This document shows, in pieces, positions 29,493-37,927 of a stretch of 41,311 nucleotides of DNA (position 1 is the stretch's first letter; every line of letters begins with the position of its first letter). Both the position numbers and the translations under genes were made by a program. Source of the stretch: a bacterium (lineage in GTDB: Bacteria > Bacillota > Clostridia > Oscillospirales > Acutalibacteraceae); contig JAHLBL010000001.1 of the NCBI GenBank assembly GCA_020625635.1, positions 1 to 41,311 of the forward strand. Reading direction: 5' to 3'. The notes under the pieces were generated by a model. That model ran no database searches, was not told the origin of the DNA, and was given only the letters and a program-made list of their open reading frames with translations.

Positions 29493-30764
29493 TTATACAA
29501 GTCTCTCGGCAGCCGCCAGACGGACGCAAACGCAGAAGATATCCATAGCGAGACTGAGCTCCTCAACCGACGGGAACGAAGGCGCAATGCGGATATTGCT
29601 GTCGTCGGGGTCGCCGTACGGGAAGGTAGCGCCGGCGTTCGTGAGTGTAACACCTGCGTTCTTGCACAGCTCAACAACTCTCTTCGCGGTGCCGTTGTAT
29701 ACGTTGACGCTTACAAAATAACCGCCGTTCGGACGTGTCCAGCTCGCGATACCGAGTCCGGAAAGCTCACTTTCAAGCTTGCTGAGAACTGTCTCGAACT
29801 TTGGCTTGAGGATAGCCTTGTGCTTCTTCATATGGTCTAAAAGTCCCTCGTAACCGCCGAAGAACTTGACGTGACGGAGCATATTAACCTTATCGTAACC
29901 GATGGTCTGGTAATTGTATTTACCGCGGAGAACCTTCATATTGTGCTTGTCTGTCGCCAGAGCCGCAACGCCCGAGCCCGAGAATGAAATCTTTGAGGTC
30001 GAGCAGAACATAATCGGCAAATCCTCGTTGCCGTACTTCTTGCACTCGTCCATGAGGTTGAGAAGATTGTCGGGTGTGTCGGTGACATCATGTACACAGT
30101 ACGCGTTGTCCCACATAATGCGGAAATCCTTCGCGGCAGGTCTTAAAGCCGCGAAACGGCGGACAACATCGTCGGAATAAGTGATACCCGTGGGATTCGA
30201 GTACTTCGGAACGCACCAGATACCCTTGATCGTGTCATCCTCTGCAACAAGTCTCTCTACGATATTCATATCGGGACCGTCCTCGTTCATCGGAACTGGA
30301 ATCATCTTGAAGCCAAAGTAGCCAGTGATACCGAAGTGGCGGTCATAACCGGGTACGGGACAGAGGAACTTTCTGTTCTGAACATTGAGCCACGGCTCGG
30401 TGTCCTCGTACAGCGGAGAAGTCATAAATGTGGAAATCGTGTCGAACATCATATTTAAGCTGGAGTTGCCGCCGACAAATACGTCATCGGTCTCTACTCC
30501 GAGGAGCTTGGCGAAAATCTCCTTACACTCGGGAATACCGTCAAATCCGCCGTAGTTGCGGCAGTCGGTACCGTCGCTCGCGTTGAGAACATCCTTCGAG
30601 GTGAGGCAGTCGAGCATACCCATCGAAAGGTCGAGCTGCTCGGGAGAAGGCTTTCCGCGCGCCATATTGAGCGAGAGTCCCATAGCCTTGTAGCCCTCAT
30701 AACTCTTTACAAGTGATGAAATCTCGTTGGCAAGAGTGTCTCCGGTGAATTTCATATAATCCAT
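29493..30764 (-). CDS. PLP-dependent aminotransferase class I/II (aspartate aminotransferase-like)
   Basis: LNMARGKP, DCRNYGG, CPVPGYDRHF, PKYSNPTG, WDNAY, STSKI (PLP lysine), NIRIAPS; ATG at 30764 after AAGGAG. Confidence 0.88.
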   Translation of the reverse strand: MDYMKFTGDTLANEISSLVKSYEGYKAMGLSLNMARGKPSPEQLDLSMGMLDCLTSKDVLNASDGTDCRNYGGFDGIPECKEIFAKLLGVETDDVFVGGNSSLNMMFDTISTFMTSPLYEDTEPWLNVQNRKFLCPVPGYDRHFGITGYFGFKMIPVPMNEDGPDMNIVERLVAEDDTIKGIWCVPKYSNPTGITYSDDVVRRFAALRPAAKDFRIMWDNAYCVHDVTDTPDNLLNLMDECKKYGNEDLPIMFCSTSKISFSGSGVAALATDKHNMKVLRGKYNYQTIGYDKVNMLRHVKFFGGYEGLLDHMKKHKAILKPKFETVLSKLESELSGLGIASWTRPNGGYFVSVNVYNGTAKRVVELCKNAGVTLTNAGATFPYGDPDDSNIRIAPSFPSVEELSLAMDIFCVCVRLAAAERLV

Positions 30765-30815
30765 TTTGATTACTCCTTTTTTCAAAATTTCAAATTCGAT
30801 TAGTCAACAGTTGAT

Positions 30816-30844
30816 ATTTTACTACATTTTTCTAAAAAATGCAA
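30816..30844 (-). promoter_or_regulatory. Sigma-A promoter for the aminotransferase
   Basis: Minus strand TTGCAT-17 nt-TAAAAT. Confidence 0.65.
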
Positions 30845-31002
30845 GTTTTTTACTACTAACTTGCGTAATCTGTAGATTTGAACAAAATAACCGACAGCAA
30901 CGTGTGATTAACAATATACAATTAACAGAACGGTTCAGATAATATAGTTATGAGATGAAGTTTATATAATGTATATGCAGTAAAATCCGTGTTTTGTCAA
31001 GG

Positions 31003-31028
31003 AAAAAGGCGGTTCAAATTGAACCGCC
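31003..31028 (-). terminator. Intrinsic terminator after the BY-kinase gene
   Basis: GGCGGTTCA-AAT-TGAACCGCC stem followed by T5 on the minus strand. Confidence 0.8.
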
Positions 31029-31040
31029 CTGTTTGACTTA

Positions 31041-31802
31041 TTAATAATACTGATAGTAGTAATAATAGTAGTAGCCTCTTCTGCCTCTCTTGCCCTCGTG
31101 CGTAACACCTACGCGGATAAATCCGAGCGGCTTAGCGTCGGCAAGCTTGATATTATTGAGCAGACGTTCGATATCGCCGTGAGTTGTTTTTCTCTCACGC
31201 GTTACGAGGATATAGCCCGAAACGTGCTCCTTGAGCAGCAGCGCGTCGGATACAACGCCTATAGGCGGCGAGTCGAAAATAATGTAGTCGTACTCGCGGT
31301 TGATTCTCTCGATAAAGCGCGTAACCTCGGGCGAGCAGATAAGCTCGGACGGGTTAGGCGGGATCGTACCCGATGTCAGTACATCGAGGCACGGAAGCAC
31401 GTCGCGGTGTACAACATCGTCGAAAACTACCATTCGACCGACCATATCCGAGAAGCCCGCTCTGTTCTCGAGCTTAAGAATATTGTGAATATTCGGGCGT
31501 CGCAGGTCGCAGTCTATAAGCAGGACCTTCTTTCCCATCTTCGAGAAGGAAATCGCAAGGTTCGCGGCAACCGTACTTTTACCGTCGCCCTTTGCGTAGG
31601 ATGTGATACAGAAAGCCTTTTTATCCGAGGCTGAAAGAGAGAACATAATATTGGTTCTCGCGGATTTATACGCCTCAACTATGGCAAATTTACTTTTTTC
31701 ACTGAGGACGTTCTTCTCGTCCTTCTTATTCTTTTTAGCCTTTGTCGATTCGGTCTGCACCTTATTTTCCTTGATTTTGTGGCTGGGAAGCTTAATTTTC
31801 AT
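31041..31802 (-). CDS. CpsD/CapB-family bacterial tyrosine kinase
   Basis: EAYKSARTNI, GDGKST, LIDCDLRRP, PPNPSEL, IFDSPP and C-terminal YYYYYYQYY cluster. Confidence 0.92.
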   Translation of the reverse strand: MKIKLPSHKIKENKVQTESTKAKKNKKDEKNVLSEKSKFAIVEAYKSARTNIMFSLSASDKKAFCITSYAKGDGKSTVAANLAISFSKMGKKVLLIDCDLRRPNIHNILKLENRAGFSDMVGRMVVFDDVVHRDVLPCLDVLTSGTIPPNPSELICSPEVTRFIERINREYDYIIFDSPPIGVVSDALLLKEHVSGYILVTRERKTTHGDIERLLNNIKLADAKPLGFIRVGVTHEGKRGRRGYYYYYYYQYY

Positions 31803-31805
31803 ACA

Positions 31806-32492
31806 TTAACCCTCCTTTTCAAAGTCCACAATCTCAGCGAACACAGGCAGTCCGTAAAGCTTGGCGAGGTCATCGCCCGGCTTAAGGGTAGTGTCGATGA
31901 TTTCGAGGAAGAACGCGAGCAGAACGCCGATAATGAAGCCGATTATCGCGCCTATCATAGTATTTCTGTTGATATTCGGCGAGATCGGGCTCGTAGGCTC
32001 AGTCGCGGTTCTGATCGTTTTTACTGTACCAACGTCACCGAAGAAAGACTCGAAGCATTCGGGAGCGGCGTCAGCGAGCTGGTTCGCTACATTGGAGCAG
32101 ATCTTCGGGTTCGAGGACGTTACGGTAAACTGGATAACATTCGATTCCGATACCTGTGAAATGGAAACAGAGCCGCTGCTGAAGTACTGTGTCATCATAG
32201 GCGACTGCTGGAATAGAATTACGCAGTTGCTTGCAAGAGAAGCAGACGCGGTGATACCGCCCGTATCGGCTCGGCGGTTGCCGTAAACGCTCGTTGCCTG
32301 AGTAGCATATTGATTGAAGTCCTCTTTTGTATACCAGATATGAATGGTTGAGGACGCGGAATATACAGGTGTTATGAAAAATGTAGAGTAACCGTAAGCG
32401 ATAAGCGTCACAAGCACAGCGATAAGAAAAATCAGCTTAATGTGTCGCAGAAGCATACCGATTATCTTTTGAGGAGTTAAATCCTTCGGCAT
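31806..32492 (-). CDS. Wzz/CpsC-family membrane modulator of the BY-kinase
   Basis: Two TM helices, ITPVYSAS, P..PISPN, D..KLYGLPV; ATG at 32492 after GGAGG. Confidence 0.85.
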   Translation of the reverse strand: MPKDLTPQKIIGMLLRHIKLIFLIAVLVTLIAYGYSTFFITPVYSASSTIHIWYTKEDFNQYATQATSVYGNRRADTGGITASASLASNCVILFQQSPMMTQYFSSGSVSISQVSESNVIQFTVTSSNPKICSNVANQLADAAPECFESFFGDVGTVKTIRTATEPTSPISPNINRNTMIGAIIGFIIGVLLAFFLEIIDTTLKPGDDLAKLYGLPVFAEIVDFEKEG

Positions 32493-32596
32493 CTCATACC
32501 CTCCCAAAATAATTTACCTTCCTATTATAGACTATACAAATGCAATTATATTTCTGAATAAGAATTATTTTGCTGAAATTTGTGGAATCTCTATAT

Positions 32597-32638
32597 AAAG
32601 AAAGCGTCCGACCAAAAAAATTTGTCAGACGCTTTCTT
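32597..32638 (-). terminator. Terminator after oadB
   Basis: AAGAAAGCGTCCGAC / GTCAGACGCTTTCTT near-perfect inverted repeat. Confidence 0.7.
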
Positions 32639-32653
32639 CTTATTGTTTCACTG

Positions 32654-33898
32654 TTATACTGGGCATACGCTGAGGAGAACGCCCGCGGCAACCGCGGAAC
32701 CGATTACACCCGCTACGTTCGGACCCATAGCATGCATGAGAAGGAAGTTGCCTGGATTTTCCTCCTGACCGACCTTCTGAGATACACGAGCCGCCATAGG
32801 AACTGCCGAAACGCCCGCCGAGCCGATAAGCGGATTAACCTTTCCGCCCGTAAACTTGTACATCAGCTTTCCGAAAAGCACACCGAACGCCGAGCCCATC
32901 ATAAAGGCTATAAGTCCGAGCGCGATAATCTTCAGCGTACTCAGCGAGAGGAAGTTCGCTCCTGTCGCGGTAGCGCCTACGGTTGTGCCGAGGAAAATCG
33001 TGATGATATTCATAAGCTCGTTCTGAGCTGTCTTTGAAAGTCTGTCGCAGACGCCCGACTCCTTGAGGAGGTTACCAAACATCAGCATACCGACCAGCGG
33101 AGCCGCGTCGGGAAGCAGAATCGAAATGATGATTACGATAAGGATCGGGAAGATAATCTTCTCGAGCTTGGATACGGGACGGAGCTGCTCCATAACAACG
33201 GCTCTCTCCTTCTTTGTTGTGAGAGCGCGCATAATGGGGGGCTGAATGATCGGCACGAGAGCCATATACGAGTAAGCCGCTATCGCGATTGAGCCGAGAA
33301 GATGTGGAGCGAGCTTAGTCGTAACGAAAATAGCCGTAGGACCGTCAGCGCCGCCGATAATACCGATAGCGCCCGCCTCGGGACGTGTGAAGCCGAGGAA
33401 AATAGCGCCGATAAACGTAACGAAAATACCTATCTGAGCAGCCGCGCCGAGGATGAAGCTCTTCGGATTCGCGATAAGCGGACCGAAATCGGTCATAGCG
33501 CCTACGCCGAGGAAAATCAGCGGAGGATAGATACCGAGCTTAACGCCCTGATAGAGATAGTAGAACAATCCGCCGTTCTGGGGAACGTTGGCGAAGGTCT
33601 GATCGCCGATAACCGTTTTGGCGTAAGCGGCGTAGTGCTCAGCCTGCTCGGGAACGAGCGGGTCGAACGGCACGAGACTTGTCTCGGGCGGAGCCGTGAT
33701 CGCGGGGAAAAGGTTTACGAGCAGCATACCGAACGCGATAGGAAGAAGGAGAAGCGGTTCGAACTGCTTTTTTATTGCGAGGAAGAACAGAACGCAGGCG
33801 ATACCTATCATTACGTAGTTCTGCCATCCCAAATTATTTATGCCTGAGGAAGTGAAGATGCCTTCAATTCCTTTCCAGAAGCTGTTTAAAATATCCAT
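32654..33898 (-). CDS. oadB: Na+-translocating decarboxylase beta subunit (OadB/GcdB/MmdB)
   Basis: FEPLLLLPIAFG, GAMTDFGPL, GIIGGADGPT, AYSYMALVP, GVSAVPMAARV, HAMGPNVAGVIGSA. Confidence 0.95.
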   Translation of the reverse strand: MDILNSFWKGIEGIFTSSGINNLGWQNYVMIGIACVLFFLAIKKQFEPLLLLPIAFGMLLVNLFPAITAPPETSLVPFDPLVPEQAEHYAAYAKTVIGDQTFANVPQNGGLFYYLYQGVKLGIYPPLIFLGVGAMTDFGPLIANPKSFILGAAAQIGIFVTFIGAIFLGFTRPEAGAIGIIGGADGPTAIFVTTKLAPHLLGSIAIAAYSYMALVPIIQPPIMRALTTKKERAVVMEQLRPVSKLEKIIFPILIVIIISILLPDAAPLVGMLMFGNLLKESGVCDRLSKTAQNELMNIITIFLGTTVGATATGANFLSLSTLKIIALGLIAFMMGSAFGVLFGKLMYKFTGGKVNPLIGSAGVSAVPMAARVSQKVGQEENPGNFLLMHAMGPNVAGVIGSAVAAGVLLSVCPV

Positions 33899-33930
33899 TC
33901 TAAGGTTCCTTTCATCAAAAATAGATTCGG

Positions 33931-34335
33931 TTAAAAAGGTCTGGTGTTGTCGAGAACACCCGCGTTAGCCCATGCGGAGCGTGTTTTCGCCCGCTTGATG
34001 CTTTTTATCTTAACCTTTTCCTTGGAACCGTACATACTGTAAACAGCGGCAGAAATAACCGCAACGATCTCATCGGGAACACCGCCGATAACAGGCGCGG
34101 GAGGCGCGCTTTCGGCAACGGGCTTGATCTCCACGGGAGGACGCTCGGCTTCTTCTTTTTCAAAAGCCTCCTGCTCCTTACGGATTTTTCTTTCCCTGAG
34201 AGCGTTCTGAACCGAGTTGACGAGAGTACCGTAAGCCCAGATTAAGAAAATCAGGAAAATCAGTACGGAAAATACTATCGTAAAGCCCGTCAGAAGCATT
34301 GAAACGGATATATTAAATTTTTCCATAAAATCCAT
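33931..34335 (-). CDS. oadG: Na+-translocating decarboxylase gamma subunit (OadG family)
   Basis: Single TM (GFTIVFSVL), Pro/Ala linker, EIVAVISAAV, terminal SAW..AG. Confidence 0.85.
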   Translation of the reverse strand: MDFMEKFNISVSMLLTGFTIVFSVLIFLIFLIWAYGTLVNSVQNALRERKIRKEQEAFEKEEAERPPVEIKPVAESAPPAPVIGGVPDEIVAVISAAVYSMYGSKEKVKIKSIKRAKTRSAWANAGVLDNTRPF

Positions 34336-34342
34336 TAATATA

Positions 34343-34394
34343 TACCCCCATATTAATTCTTACATACACTGTAATTATACTTAATATGGGGGTA
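34343..34394. repeat. 14-bp perfect inverted repeat spanning the oadG RBS and promoter spacer
   Basis: TACCCCCATATTAA (34343-34356) / TTAATATGGGGGTA (34381-34394), plus inner TTACA/TGTAA stem. Confidence 0.9.
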
Positions 34395-34402
34395 AACTTC
34401 AA
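34374..34402 (-). promoter_or_regulatory. Sigma-A promoter for oadG-oadB
   Basis: Minus strand TTGAAG-17 nt-TATAAT. Confidence 0.7.
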
Positions 34403-34520
34403 CGAAAAATATTCAGTTTTCGGATTTTCGGGAATTTTTACAGTTTTTTAAGATTAATATGTGAATATTTGTGGGTTTTTGTTTGGCTCAGAAACAGCAA
34501 GCCCAAAGATAATAATTCTA

Positions 34521-35999
34521 TTACAGAATAATGCACAGCAATCCGTTGCATCCGTTATTAATTATTTTTTCAATCGTCTCCCCTATCTTCGCGCGCGCGT
34601 CGGACGGCATACGGCAAAGCTTGTTATGCAGCCCTTCGTTGACGAGCTCGTGGACGCTCTTTCCGAAAATATCCGACTGCCAGATCTTCGCGGGATCCTC
34701 CTCGAACTCCTTGAGCATATAATTTACAAGCTCCTGGCTCTGCTGCTCGCTTCCGACAATCGGCGTGACCTCCGTCTTTGTATTGACCTTCATCATATGA
34801 ATAGAGGGCGCGGAGGCTCTCAGCCTGATTCCGTATTTGCCCGACTGCTTGATAATCTGCGGCTCCTCGAGGCTCAGTTCCTCGATCGTAGGCGTGACGA
34901 TACCGTAGCCCGTATCCTGAACCTGGCGGTAAGCCTGAGCGATCTTATCAAATTCGCGCTGACTGTTTGAAAGCGTTGTGACGCACTCGAGCAGCGAGCA
35001 CTCGTCGCTTATATCAAGCCCCGTGCGCTCCGAGAGCACCTGATAGAACAGACCTCCCTGTACGGAAACCGATATCGCCGCCTCTCCCTTGCCGAGATTC
35101 AGATCACACAGGCGCGAGAAGTCGATCATATCGCAGTCCGCGATTTCGTTCAGCGCGTCCTGTATCTGGCGGATCTTCTCCACCTTGGCGGCAGATTCCC
35201 TGATCGCCGAGAAAATGCCAGTCTTAATCGGATGATCCGCGGGAAGAGTAACAACCCACTTCGGGATGTCCACGTCAATCTCGCGTATCGGGAATTCAAA
35301 GAGCAGCTGAGCAAGTATGCGCTTGATTTCTGTTTCGTCGAGTTCAAGACAGCTCACGGGGATAACGGGAACCTGATAGGACGCCGCCATCTCCCCAGCG
35401 AGCCTCGCGGCTGATTCAGCGCGTGGGTTCACAGTATTGAGGAGCACGATAAACGGCTTGTTTATCGACTTTAGCTCGTCTATAACGCGCTTCTCCGCTG
35501 CCGCGTATTCCTCGCGCGGCAAATCGGTAATAGAGCCGTCGGTCGTCACAACAAGACCGATCGTGCTGTGGTCGGTGATAACCTTCTTTGTGCCAAGCTC
35601 CGCCGCCTGTTCAAACGGGATCTCGTCGTCAAACCACGGCGTTTTCACCATTCGGGGAGTGTCCTCCTCTATATAGCCGAGCGCGCTGTCCACGATATAG
35701 CCTACGCAGTCAACCATCCTCACCTTCAGGTTAGCCTTATCGGCGAGGGTTATCTCGACAGCCTCCTCGGGAATGAATTTCGGCTCGGTAGTCATTATTG
35801 TTCGTCCGCCCGACGACTGCGGCAGCTCGTCAACGGTTCTGGCGTATACGCCCTCGTCGTTGATATTCGGCAGGACGATAGTGTCCATAAACTGTTTTAT
35901 AAACGTGCTCTTGCCCGAACGGACAGGTCCGACAACGCCTATATATACATCGCCGTCGGTGCGGCGTGAGATATCTTTGTATACTGACTTTTCTTCCAT
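34521..35999 (-). CDS. spoIVA: Stage IV sporulation protein A
   Basis: GVVGPVRSGKSTFIK, DELPQS, MTTEPKF, VDCVGY, HSTIG.VVTTDGSI, C-terminal GLLCIIL. Confidence 0.96.
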   Translation of the reverse strand: MEEKSVYKDISRRTDGDVYIGVVGPVRSGKSTFIKQFMDTIVLPNINDEGVYARTVDELPQSSGGRTIMTTEPKFIPEEAVEITLADKANLKVRMVDCVGYIVDSALGYIEEDTPRMVKTPWFDDEIPFEQAAELGTKKVITDHSTIGLVVTTDGSITDLPREEYAAAEKRVIDELKSINKPFIVLLNTVNPRAESAARLAGEMAASYQVPVIPVSCLELDETEIKRILAQLLFEFPIREIDVDIPKWVVTLPADHPIKTGIFSAIRESAAKVEKIRQIQDALNEIADCDMIDFSRLCDLNLGKGEAAISVSVQGGLFYQVLSERTGLDISDECSLLECVTTLSNSQREFDKIAQAYRQVQDTGYGIVTPTIEELSLEEPQIIKQSGKYGIRLRASAPSIHMMKVNTKTEVTPIVGSEQQSQELVNYMLKEFEEDPAKIWQSDIFGKSVHELVNEGLHNKLCRMPSDARAKIGETIEKIINNGCNGLLCIIL

Positions 36000-36084
36000 A
36001 ATAATCATAACCTTTCCGCCCACATTATGTTTGCCTTTCTCTGTCGTGGGCTGACAGACCGTTGAGCCGACATATAAAGCCTGC

Positions 36085-37608
36085 TCACGCCGTCGGAATC
36101 AGCAGCATCCGCGGTGCGGACAGCACATCCTCCGCAAGCTCGTTTTCTCTCGCGACGGAGCTGACCGAAATATTGTAAAATTTCGCGATATCCCAAATCC
36201 GCTCTCCCTCATCCGCGTAGTAGAGTATCAGCGCGCAGGGCTTACGGGTGAGCTTCGCGCTCTCGTCAGCGGTGACCGCCGTAACGGCGCTGAGCTGTCT
36301 TGTCTCACAGACAGTGACACAGTAACGCAGCTCGAGGCGTATTTCAACGGTGTTGTTCTCGCCCATTCTGTAGCTCAGACTCACAACCGACACAGAACAG
36401 CTTTCGACGTTTTCAAAATCCTGCTCCGTGATGATCTCACGCGAAATCTCCTTTGAACGCTCGAGATAAACGAGCTCTCCGTCAGCATTTCTGCCGAGTA
36501 TCTGTACCGACATTCTCGCCCCGAGAGTTATCGACTTTTCACCGAGTGAGGGCGTCAGCGGCACAACGTCGGCGCGTATATCTATTATCTCGCCGAGCTC
36601 AAGATCGTCGAGCGTGTCCTTATGTATGAACGTATCGCTGAGCACGGACGTGTTGAACGGGACCTTGATCTGCGAAAGCTCGGGAACCACCGCCAGCTCC
36701 GTGCTGTAAGCGTCAAGGATAACGGTCACGTTTTTCCGTGAATAAGCGGTCACGAGCGCGTTCAGCCGAGCCTCAACATCGACGATCGGGCTCTCGGACA
36801 TAATGTCGTTTTTAAGTCTTATTTCGTAGGAGAGCACGCTCAGAACGGGACAGACCTCGCTCTCCTCGGTAAGCCCGCGGCAGTCGATAACCTCCGTAAA
36901 CGGGATCGTATAATCGAGTGTTTCGACAGAACCGCTGTCGGGAGCGGAAAGATAGAGCATATGCACGGCGAGCTCGCCGTTGAGCATAAGCTTATCGGGA
37001 ATGAGCTTGAAGCCCGTCACATCGGCGCGGACGCTGCTGTCGAGCACGACCGCGACCGAGGGCTTGTTGGTTACCTTGATACCGTCACCCGCGGTGAACT
37101 GCTCGCTGCAAAACGCGCTGAGCGAGCTTGCGGGGATCTCCGAGGTGTTGTACTCAAGCGCGCTCTCCTCACAGGGCGAACACAGCTCGACGGGACAGCT
37201 CTGCAGCACTCTCGCGTACAGCGAAAAAGCCCCGTGAACGGTCAGCCGTCTCTGGGACAGCGCGCGGCAGTTGACATATTCGGGCTTTGTATACGTATCG
37301 AGGGCATAGCACTCGGGCGTGTCCTTCACGGGAAAAGCGACGCTGTAAGGCACGGTCTGCTCACAAACGCGCAGACCGCCCGACGCGTCGGTGTAAAGTA
37401 TCGTGACGACGGTTGCGCCGTCGACAGTGAGCTGACCACCGCTCAGCGCTCTGTTGTATATTTTCGGTGTGATCTTACATTTAAGGATTTTCTCGATATC
37501 GGGACAGTAATCGGGCAGTGTAAAGTCAATATCGACAGGCTGCTCGGAAACTGTGTCGGGCTGAGCGCACAGTGTCCCAAGCGGGATTTTGTTCAGGGTA
37601 AATTCCAT
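36085..37608 (-). CDS. SPOCS (DUF3794) + LysM coat morphogenetic protein, SipL-like
   Basis: LPDYCPDIEKILK start, repeated beta-rich segments, C-terminal LysM (YYADEGERIWDIAKFY...EN.L...LLIP); directly upstream of spoIVA. Confidence 0.8.
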   Translation of the reverse strand: MEFTLNKIPLGTLCAQPDTVSEQPVDIDFTLPDYCPDIEKILKCKITPKIYNRALSGGQLTVDGATVVTILYTDASGGLRVCEQTVPYSVAFPVKDTPECYALDTYTKPEYVNCRALSQRRLTVHGAFSLYARVLQSCPVELCSPCEESALEYNTSEIPASSLSAFCSEQFTAGDGIKVTNKPSVAVVLDSSVRADVTGFKLIPDKLMLNGELAVHMLYLSAPDSGSVETLDYTIPFTEVIDCRGLTEESEVCPVLSVLSYEIRLKNDIMSESPIVDVEARLNALVTAYSRKNVTVILDAYSTELAVVPELSQIKVPFNTSVLSDTFIHKDTLDDLELGEIIDIRADVVPLTPSLGEKSITLGARMSVQILGRNADGELVYLERSKEISREIITEQDFENVESCSVSVVSLSYRMGENNTVEIRLELRYCVTVCETRQLSAVTAVTADESAKLTRKPCALILYYADEGERIWDIAKFYNISVSSVARENELAEDVLSAPRMLLIPTA

Positions 37609-37638
37609 AGTGTTTTCTCTCCTTTTCGGTGCTGGTAA

Positions 37639-37668
37639 ATGTATATGCGAGGGATCGGAGAATATGAC
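37639..37668 (-). promoter_or_regulatory. Sigma-E-like promoter for sipL-spoIVA
   Basis: Minus strand GTCATATT-13 nt-CATATACAT about 30 nt before the ATG; AAGGAG RBS follows. Confidence 0.7.
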
Positions 37669-37765
37669 AGTTTAAGCTTCGGAAAGGACAAAAAGCGCCG
37701 CTCAGCGCTCTATCCCTCCAATAATAACCGTGCAAAACGGCGGAGTCAAACAGTTCCCTACGAAG

Positions 37766-37810
37766 GAAAAAACAGTCTGGCAGACGGCTGCAAAAAACAA
37801 CCCGTCTGCC
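37766..37810 (-). terminator. Second terminator-like hairpin upstream of sipL
   Basis: GGCAGACGG (37779-37787) / CCGTCTGCC (37802-37810), followed on the minus strand by AGACTGTTTTTT. Confidence 0.55.
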
Positions 37811-37869
37811 CGAAAATAGCTTTTATTATTTTCAACTTTGCGCGACTTATTATCACTGTTCAATCGCAC

Positions 37870-37905
37870 AAAAACGGGACAGCTCTTTAAGCTTGAGCTG
37901 TCCCG
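37870..37905 (-). terminator. Terminator after the dockerin gene
   Basis: CGGGACAGCTC-N9-GAGCTGTCCCG followed by T5 on the minus strand. Confidence 0.8.
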
Positions 37906-37927
37906 CTGATATCGTTTTAAATTGTGC

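Noticed and set aside
34343-34394. Invertible promoter (IRs flanking the -10 box)
   Set aside because: Only 24 bp between the arms, short for recombinase-mediated inversion, and no recombinase in the window.
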